Shown here: positions 58,031-64,000 of the stretch, piece after piece
Layout of the letters: every line of letters begins with the position of its first letter
Position numbering within the stretch: position 1 is the stretch's first letter
Assembly: GCA_023429785.1 (NCBI GenBank)
Contig: JAEZDD010000003.1
Location: 199,402 to 263,401 of the forward strand
Source: Bacillota bacterium
Lineage (GTDB): Bacteria; Bacillota; Clostridia; Oscillospirales; Ruminococcaceae
Reading direction: 5' to 3'
Length of the DNA: 64,000 nucleotides
Notes under the pieces: model-generated
The model's input: the letters and a program-made list of their open reading frames with translations, nothing else
The model's database searches: none
Told to the model about the DNA's origin: nothing
Program-made: the position numbers and the translations under genes

Positions 58031-58101
58031 TTATTGTTAAATAAGGTATTGCCTTTTAAAAGAATTGCGTTTAGAATAATGCTAAAGGTTGGTGGTTAAA
58101 A

Positions 58102-59409
58102 ATGAGCAGCAATACAATAATTAGTTTAAAAAACGGTGAATTTGATGACAGTATTCGTGCAACTTATTGTTGCAGTATTGATGAAGCTAAGCTATACACC
58201 GAAAGATTCCTTAATATTATTGACGGATATAATAAAACCTTTGGAGCTGAAAGTGATTTCAGGCTTTTTTCTGCCCCGGGGAGGACAGAAATATGCGGAA
58301 ATCACACTGACCATCAGCACGGGAATGTTCTGTGCGGAAGCGTCAATCTCGACGTTATTTCAGCTGTTTCTTTGAATTCATCGAATGAAATCCGCATTAA
58401 GTCAGAGGGGTATCCTATAGATATAATAAATATAAATGACTTGAGTATAAACTGTGAGGAGTATAATCTCTCCATTTCATTAATTAGAGGTATCGCCTCA
58501 AGGTTCACTCAGCTGGGATTCAAAATCGGCGGGTTTAACGCTTATACTACTTCAAATGTCCTCAAAGGCTCGGGGCTTTCTTCTTCGGCGGCTTTTGAGG
58601 TTCTTGTCGGCAACATTTTTAACTCGCTATTTGCTGAAAATGAAGTCAGCCCTGTTGATATTGCAAAATTCGGGCAATACGCTGAAAATGTTTATTTTGG
58701 GAAGCCTTGTGGACTGATGGACCAAATGGCGTCAGCCGTCGGCGGAGTTATTGCCATTGACTTTTATGATGCTGAAAAACCCGTGGTTGAGAAAATCGAC
58801 CTTTCACTTAACGGCTACGCTTTATGTATAATTGATAGCGGCGCTGACCATGCTGACCTGACGGATGAATACGGCGCAATAACCGGCGAAATGAAGTCTG
58901 TCGCAAATTTTTTCAATAAGAGCTATTTGAGAGAAGTCCATGAAAATGATTTTTTCTCAAATTTAACGGAAGTCAGAAGTGCAACAAGCGATAGGGCGGT
59001 CCTCCGAGCCATTCATTATTTTAACGAGAACAAAAGGGTGTCAGAGCTGATTGATGCGTTAAGAGATAACAACATTGAAGCCTTTATAAAGCTGATAATT
59101 GAGTCCGGTCACTCATCTTTTATGTATCTTCAAAACGTTTTTGCAACCTCTCAGCCACAACATCAAGCTGTTTCGCTCGCTCTCGCCTTATGCGAAAAAT
59201 TGCTCAAGGGGAAAGGGGCATACCGTGTTCACGGCGGGGGCTTCGCCGGAACTGTTCAGGCTTTTGTTCCGCTTGAAATGCTCGAGGAGTTCAAGAATGA
59301 AATTGAGAAATTCATCGGTGACGCGATGTGTCACATTTTAAGCATACGCCCTGTGGGTGGCTGCGAAATAAAAAGAAATTCTGAACTGAGTTATTATTAT
59401 TATGGCTGA
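58102..59409 (+). CDS. galK: Galactokinase (GHMP kinase family)
   Basis: 435 aa with PGRTEICGNHTDHQHG (galactokinase signature) and GSGLSSSAA (GHMP motif). Confidence 0.85.
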   Translation: MSSNTIISLKNGEFDDSIRATYCCSIDEAKLYTERFLNIIDGYNKTFGAESDFRLFSAPGRTEICGNHTDHQHGNVLCGSVNLDVISAVSLNSSNEIRIKSEGYPIDIININDLSINCEEYNLSISLIRGIASRFTQLGFKIGGFNAYTTSNVLKGSGLSSSAAFEVLVGNIFNSLFAENEVSPVDIAKFGQYAENVYFGKPCGLMDQMASAVGGVIAIDFYDAEKPVVEKIDLSLNGYALCIIDSGADHADLTDEYGAITGEMKSVANFFNKSYLREVHENDFFSNLTEVRSATSDRAVLRAIHYFNENKRVSELIDALRDNNIEAFIKLIIESGHSSFMYLQNVFATSQPQHQAVSLALALCEKLLKGKGAYRVHGGGFAGTVQAFVPLEMLEEFKNEIEKFIGDAMCHILSIRPVGGCEIKRNSELSYYYYG

Positions 59410-59515
59410 ATTAAGCTTCGACTCTGAAAATTGCAACTTGAAATTTCACCAGCAAAAGAGTATAATGAATTGGGTAATTTAAGAAGCTTATCTCTAAAAC
59501 TAAGGAGGACAAATT

Positions 59516-60535
59516 TTGAAGAAAATACTTGTTACCGGCGGTGCTGGATTTATCGGGAGTCATACTGTCGTTGAGCTTATTGAGGCTGGCTATGAGGTTA
59601 TCGTTATGGATAATTTTAAAAACTCGAAGCCTGAATCACTTAACAGAATCAGAACTATCACCGGCAAGGACTTTAAATTTTATGAAACGGATATGTGTGA
59701 TTTCGATGCTGTCTGCAAGGTATTTGAAGAATGCAAGCCTATTGACGCTGTTATTCACTTTGCCGGACTAAAGGCAGTGGGTGAATCTGTTCAAAAGCCT
59801 TTGGAATATTACAGCAATAACATAATCGGCACTTTAATGCTTCTTGATGCTATGAGGAAATATGACTGCAAGAAGATAGTTTTCTCTTCCTCTGCAACAG
59901 TTTACGGTTCAAATGCCCCTATCCCTTATAAAGAAGAATTTGTTATTCCAGCAAATGCATCAAGCCCATATGGGACTACAAAAATAATGATCGAAAAAAT
60001 ATTGATTGACCTTTGCAATGCTGATAAGGATTTTGGAGCAGTTTTGCTAAGATATTTTAATCCAATCGGCGCACACGAAAGTGGCTTAATTGGAGAAGAT
60101 CCAAACGGAATTCCAAATAATTTAATGCCTTATATTGCACAGGTTGCAGTGGGTAAGCTTCCGTGCCTCAATATTTTTGGAAACGATTATGACACTCCCG
60201 ACGGGACTTGCATACGTGATTATATCCATGTTGTTGATTTAGCAAAAGGACATTTATCCGCACTTGATTATATACTTGAAAAAACAGGCGCTGAGCCAAT
60301 CAATCTTGGAAATGGAAAGGGCTCAAGCGTGCTTGAAGTCGTTTCTGCTTTTGAAAAAGCTTCAGGAAAAACAATTGCTAAGAAATTTGCGCCTCGCCGA
60401 ACAGGTGACCTTGCTTGTTTCTATGCTGATACTGAAAAGGCAGAAAAGCTTCTGAACTGGACAGCTAAACTAGACCTTGAAAAAATGTGCGTTGACGGTT
60501 GGAATTTCACCTCAAAAAATCCAAACGGCTTATAA
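59516..60535 (+). CDS. galE: UDP-glucose 4-epimerase
   Basis: TTG start with an AAGGAGG RBS. Motifs VTGGAGFIGSH, SSSATVYG and YGTTK. Own promoter TTGAAA-17-TATAAT upstream. Confidence 0.93.
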   Translation: MKKILVTGGAGFIGSHTVVELIEAGYEVIVMDNFKNSKPESLNRIRTITGKDFKFYETDMCDFDAVCKVFEECKPIDAVIHFAGLKAVGESVQKPLEYYSNNIIGTLMLLDAMRKYDCKKIVFSSSATVYGSNAPIPYKEEFVIPANASSPYGTTKIMIEKILIDLCNADKDFGAVLLRYFNPIGAHESGLIGEDPNGIPNNLMPYIAQVAVGKLPCLNIFGNDYDTPDGTCIRDYIHVVDLAKGHLSALDYILEKTGAEPINLGNGKGSSVLEVVSAFEKASGKTIAKKFAPRRTGDLACFYADTEKAEKLLNWTAKLDLEKMCVDGWNFTSKNPNGL

Positions 60536-60545
60536 TCAAATATTA

Positions 60546-60578
60546 TAAAAACCTCCGGAATTAACCGGAGGTTTTTTG
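60546..60578. terminator. Bidirectional terminator between galE (+) and the rubrerythrin locus (-)
   Basis: AAAACCTCCGG-AATTAA-CCGGAGGTTTT with T-runs on both strands. Confidence 0.85.
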
Positions 60579-60590
60579 TTTATGTTATTA

Positions 60591-60722
60591 TTATTTGAAG
60601 TATCTGTCAAGCAAGCCTTTGAATGCACAGCCGTGGCGAGCTTCATCCTTAGCCATTTCGTGAACTGTATCGTGGATTGCATCATAGCCAAGCTCCTTCG
60701 CTCTTGTAGCAAGCTTTTTCGA
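60591..60722 (-). pseudogene. Duplicated 3'-terminal fragment of the rubrerythrin gene (last ~43 codons), with no start codon of its own
   Basis: About 97% identical over about 125 nt to 60753-60885. It encodes ..[42 protein letters not shown], compared with the authentic C-terminus ..[43 protein letters not shown]. Confidence 0.75.
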
Positions 60723-60749
60723 GAAAATGCTTGTAACAATTAAATATAA

Positions 60750-61298
60750 TTATTTCGTAAAGTATCTGTCAAGCATGCCTTTGAACGCACAGCCGTGGCG
60801 AGCTTCATCCTTAGCCATTTCGTGAACTGTATCGTGGATTGCATCATAGCCAAGCTCCTTCGCTCTTGTAGCCAGCTTTTTCTTCCCCTCACAAGCTCCA
60901 TTTTCAGCCATGTATCTCATTTCAAGGTTTTTCTTAGTTGAAGGTGTAACAACCTCGCCTAAAAGCTCAGCGAATTTAGCGGCGTGCTCAGCTTCCTCAT
61001 AGGCTGCCTTTTCATAGTACATTCCGATTTCAGGATAGCCCTCTCTGTGAGCAACCCTAGCCATAGCAAGATACATTCCAACCTCTGTGCATTCGCCCAT
61101 GAAGTTTTGTCTCAAGCCTTCAATTACCTCTGCATCAAGACCGGCAGCAACACCAACCTTGTGCTCGTCAGCCCAAACTAGTCCCTGTGCAACAGCCTCG
61201 TTGAACTTCTCCTTAGGCGCCTTGCATTGTGGGCAAGCATCCGGTGCACTTTCACCCTCGTGAACATAACCGCAAACTGAACATACGAATTTTTTCAT
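60750..61298 (-). CDS. rbr: Reverse rubrerythrin (N-terminal rubredoxin-like domain plus ferritin-like diiron domain)
   Basis: 182 aa with N-terminal [10 protein letters not shown]...CPQCKAPK, then diiron ExxH motifs ([15 protein letters not shown]). Confidence 0.9.
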   Translation of the reverse strand: MKKFVCSVCGYVHEGESAPDACPQCKAPKEKFNEAVAQGLVWADEHKVGVAAGLDAEVIEGLRQNFMGECTEVGMYLAMARVAHREGYPEIGMYYEKAAYEEAEHAAKFAELLGEVVTPSTKKNLEMRYMAENGACEGKKKLATRAKELGYDAIHDTVHEMAKDEARHGCAFKGMLDRYFTK

Positions 61299-61360
61299 AA
61301 AAATACCCTCCTAATAATTTAAACTTATTATAGTCATTTAATGCTCTTGTCTTTATAACT

Positions 61361-61389
61361 AGTATACCACTTTAGTATACATTTGTCAA
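61361..61389 (-). promoter_or_regulatory. Consensus promoter of rbr with an embedded GTATACT direct/inverted repeat as candidate operator
   Basis: Minus strand TTGACA-17-TATACT. GTATACT-AAAGTG-GTATACT spans the spacer and the -10 hexamer. Confidence 0.55.
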
Positions 61390-61474
61390 TACTAAAAATA
61401 AAAAAATTCAAATTGTATAAAAATTATTGTTATGGTATTATAATGTTATTGCTTTTGACTTTTGGAGGGATGAT

Positions 61475-63214
61475 ATGAAAACTATTTTATGCGGAATTAA
61501 TGCTAAGTTCATACACACTAATTTAGCAATAAGACAAATTAAAGGTTATGTTGAGGCTAATTCAAACTATGAAATTAGCTTGCTTGAATTCACTATAAAT
61601 AATTATATAAATGAAATATTCGAAGAAATTTACATTAACAAGCCTGATGTAATAGGTTTTTCCTGCTATTTATGGAACATTGAACTTGTTCAGAAGCTGA
61701 TTGTTCTTTTAAAAAAGCTTTTGCCTGACATAATTATCATTCTCGGCGGACCTGAGGTTTCATATTCGCCTATAAAAATTCTTAAAGAAAATCCATGCGA
61801 TTTCATCATATGCGGTGAAGGTGAAGGAGCTTTCTGCGAGCTGTTAAGCGAAATTGCTTCGACGAAAAAATATGAAATGGTTAAAGGAATAGCTTATAAA
61901 AGCATTGTGGGCGAAATTATTCAGAACGATAAGAGCGAGTTTTTGGATATGTCGCTTTTGCCCTTCCCGTATACTGATTTTCATGAAATTGAAAATAAAA
62001 TTTGCTATTATGAGGCGTCAAGGGGTTGCCCCTTTAAGTGTGCTTACTGCATTTCGTCAGTTGAAAACGGCGTGAGATTTTCCCCGCTTGAAAAGGTTCT
62101 CAGCGAGCTTAAAATCTTCCTTGATGAAAATGTCCGACAGGTGAAATTCGTCGACAGAACCTTTAATTGCAATAATGCTTTCGCTATGAGCATTATAAAA
62201 TTTCTTATTGATAATGACAATGGCGTGACTAACTTTCATTTTGAGATGGCGGCTGAGCTTTTGACAGATGAGATAATTGCTTTGCTATCTTTAGCTAGAC
62301 GTGGGCTTTTTCAGCTTGAAATCGGCGTCCAGTCCACAAATTTAGAGACACTTAATGCTATTTCACGAAAAAGTGATTTTTGCTGGCTATCACAATGCGT
62401 TAAAAAGCTTTTAGTCCCTCAGAATGTTCACCTGCATTTAGATTTAATTGCCGGACTGCCCCTTGAGAATTTTGAAAGCTTCAAAAAATCCTTCGACGAC
62501 GTTCATTCACTTTCCCCGCATCAGCTTCAGCTTGGATTTTTAAAGATATTGAAGGGCTCAAGAATGGAAAGCTTATGCGATGAGTTTGAGATTTTGCATT
62601 CGCCCTTCCCCCCTTTCGAGTTTTTAAAAACGCACTGTTTGTCCTTTGATGAAGTTATTGTACTCAAAAGCATTGAAGAAATGGTTGAAATTTATTATAA
62701 CACGAACCGTTACTGTCATGCTGTTGAGTTTTTAAGAGGGTATTGTGAAAGCTATTTCGACCTGTATCTTCGGCTTGCTGAATACAAAAATAAAAAAGGC
62801 ATCGGCTCACTCGTTCATAACAAGCAATTTTCCTATGCCTTTTTAATTGATTTTGTTGCCGATAATTTTTCGGAGTATGTTGCTCAGGCTTTCAACAGTG
62901 TACTAAAGCTGGATTTCCTGCTCCACGAGAAGCCCCGCTCCCTTCCTGAATGGGCAAAAAGAGTCGATAACCAGATTTCTAAGGATGAAATCTATGACTT
63001 TATTGTTAAAAAAGATGATTCTTTCATCAGCGAGCTTTTGCCGGAATATTCTGACTGTCAGCGAAAGCAGCTTTTGAAGCTCGTTCATGTTGAAATGTTC
63101 TCGATTAACCCTTTCACGCTTGAAAAATCAGAAACGACCTTACTGTTTAACTATCGAAGCCGTGATTTATGGAATAACGCGATGGCTATTCAGATTGAAT
63201 TAGGGTTGGCTTAA
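61475..63214 (+). CDS. B12-binding domain radical SAM protein (DUF4080-type C-terminus)
   Basis: The likely start is MKTILCGINAKFIHTNLAIRQ with a GGAGGG RBS; the track starts at TTG 61427. The radical SAM cluster is CPFKCAYC. It has an N-terminal B12-binding-like Rossmann half and a long C-terminal domain. Confidence 0.85.
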   Translation: MKTILCGINAKFIHTNLAIRQIKGYVEANSNYEISLLEFTINNYINEIFEEIYINKPDVIGFSCYLWNIELVQKLIVLLKKLLPDIIIILGGPEVSYSPIKILKENPCDFIICGEGEGAFCELLSEIASTKKYEMVKGIAYKSIVGEIIQNDKSEFLDMSLLPFPYTDFHEIENKICYYEASRGCPFKCAYCISSVENGVRFSPLEKVLSELKIFLDENVRQVKFVDRTFNCNNAFAMSIIKFLIDNDNGVTNFHFEMAAELLTDEIIALLSLARRGLFQLEIGVQSTNLETLNAISRKSDFCWLSQCVKKLLVPQNVHLHLDLIAGLPLENFESFKKSFDDVHSLSPHQLQLGFLKILKGSRMESLCDEFEILHSPFPPFEFLKTHCLSFDEVIVLKSIEEMVEIYYNTNRYCHAVEFLRGYCESYFDLYLRLAEYKNKKGIGSLVHNKQFSYAFLIDFVADNFSEYVAQAFNSVLKLDFLLHEKPRSLPEWAKRVDNQISKDEIYDFIVKKDDSFISELLPEYSDCQRKQLLKLVHVEMFSINPFTLEKSETTLLFNYRSRDLWNNAMAIQIELGLA

Positions 63215-64000
63215 CAATTTTCAGCGTATCCTCTTCAACAATGAGCTTTAGCTCGTCGCCTTTTAAAATTTCGCCCTCGAGGATTTTTTGCGAAAGCATA
63301 TCCTCAACCTCGGTCGAAATAACCCGACGAAGCGGTCTTGCCCCATAGGCTGTTGAAAAACCATCTTTTGCGATTTTCTTTATTGCTTCTTCAGAATATA
63401 TTATTGATATTCCCAGCAATTTAAGACGGTCTGACAGCTCGTTTAAGAGCTTCGTTGATATTTTTTCAATGTCGTTTTTGTCGAGCGTTCTGAAAATAAT
63501 AGTATCATCAAGTCTGTTTAAAAACTCCGGCTTGAATTGCTGCTTTAGTTCATTGAGAATTTCAGATTTTATATTTTTTTCATCCATCTCGGCTATTGTG
63601 AAGCCGAGATTTTTTTTGTCTATTATTTTTTTTGCCCCGAGATTTGAGGTCATTATTATTACTGTATTTTTGAAAGAAACCCTTCTCCCCTGCGAATCGG
63701 TAACAAAACCGTCCTCAAGGATTTGAAGAAGAATATTGTATACATCAGGGTGAGCTTTTTCAATTTCGTCGAGAAGGACTATTGAATATGGGTTTCGCCT
63801 GATTTTTTCTGTGAGCTGTCCCCCCTCATTATAGCCGATATAGCCCGGCGGCGAACCGATGAGCTTCGAGACATTGTGCTTTTCCATATACTCTGACATA
63901 TCAAGCCTAATCACAGATGATTCGTTCGCAAAAAGACATTCAGCGAGAGCCTTGCAAAGCTCCGTCTTTCCGACACCCGTAGGCCCTAAAAATATGAATG
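63186..64000 (-). CDS. Clp/Hsp100 AAA+ ATPase (ClpC/ClpB-like), C-terminal part; N-terminus lies beyond the right window edge
   Basis: The D2 module is recognisable: GPTGVGKTELCKALAE (read by hand from 63999-63950), RLDMSEYMEKHNVSKLIGSPPGYIGY, VLLDEIEKAHPDV, GARPLRR. The track shows only the part from an internal Met. Confidence 0.88.
   Translation of the reverse strand, partial: FIFLGPTGVGKTELCKALAECLFANESSVIRLDMSEYMEKHNVSKLIGSPPGYIGYNEGGQLTEKIRRNPYSIVLLDEIEKAHPDVYNILLQILEDGFVTDSQGRRVSFKNTVIIMTSNLGAKKIIDKKNLGFTIAEMDEKNIKSEILNELKQQFKPEFLNRLDDTIIFRTLDKNDIEKISTKLLNELSDRLKLLGISIIYSEEAIKKIAKDGFSTAYGARPLRRVISTEVEDMLSQKILEGEILKGDELKLIVEEDTLKIVKPTLIQSE

Noticed and set aside
60536-60739. 67-aa minus-strand ORF between galE and rbr.
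   Set aside because: It reads the duplicated rubrerythrin fragment out of frame and continues through the bidirectional terminator. The segment is better explained as a 3' gene-fragment duplication.
1-64000. CRISPR arrays, cas genes, transposases, integrases, prophage genes, toxin-antitoxin pairs, or known defence systems. The helicases RecD2 and PcrA and the Clp ATPase were considered as possible defence components.
   Set aside because: No regularly spaced repeats and no mobile-element genes were seen. The helicases and Clp sit in conserved housekeeping contexts with canonical motifs.

Overview
This window looks like core chromosome from a low-GC, endospore-forming Firmicute, probably a Clostridia-like organism (spoIIE, glgD, reverse rubrerythrin, GH94 cellobiose phosphorylase). 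I call about 63 protein genes, one tRNA-Pro(CGG), an SRP (4.5S-like) RNA upstream of dnaX-ebfC-recR, and many intrinsic terminators and near-consensus sigma-A promoters. I saw no CRISPR array, transposase, integrase, prophage or recognisable defence island.

Gene blocks in order:
- recD2 (partial)
- pnp and rpsO
- M16 peptidase pair, lgt, folD
- shikimate operon aroF-aroB-aroA-aroC plus a DUF4364 gene
- pcrA
- AI-2E transporter
- LacI-regulated sugar ABC transporter, divergent from cellobiose phosphorylase
- pgk-tpiA-gpmI
- degV, trmL, pdxK
- PadR-DUF1700-DUF4097-PspC envelope-stress-like module
- AraC regulator, ABC-F ATPase, thrE pair, SGNH hydrolase
- tRNA-Pro
- SRP RNA-dnaX-ebfC-recR-tadA
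- upp
- glgB-glgC-glgD-glgA, then spoIIE and rsmA
- dCMP deaminase, pflA, galK, galE
- rubrerythrin, a B12-binding radical SAM gene, and a partial clpC-like gene

The best candidate for something not yet described is small, not a multi-gene system. It is a promoter, then a 37-codon Phe/Tyr-rich leader ORF, then alternative antiterminator/terminator hairpins, all directly upstream of the shikimate operon (about 15161-15394, minus strand). That layout matches a classical ribosome-mediated attenuator, which would be unusual in a Firmicute.

Secondary oddities:
- an in-frame tandem duplicate of the rubrerythrin 3' end
- an unannotated 57-aa sORF
- repeated LacI-type operators
- an orphan pflA
- an Lgt with a long acidic tail

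Limits: every assignment rests on reading the sequence and recognising motifs by eye, with no database search or folding program. Coordinates I derived by hand (RNAs, hairpins, promoters, sORFs) may be off by 1-2 nt.
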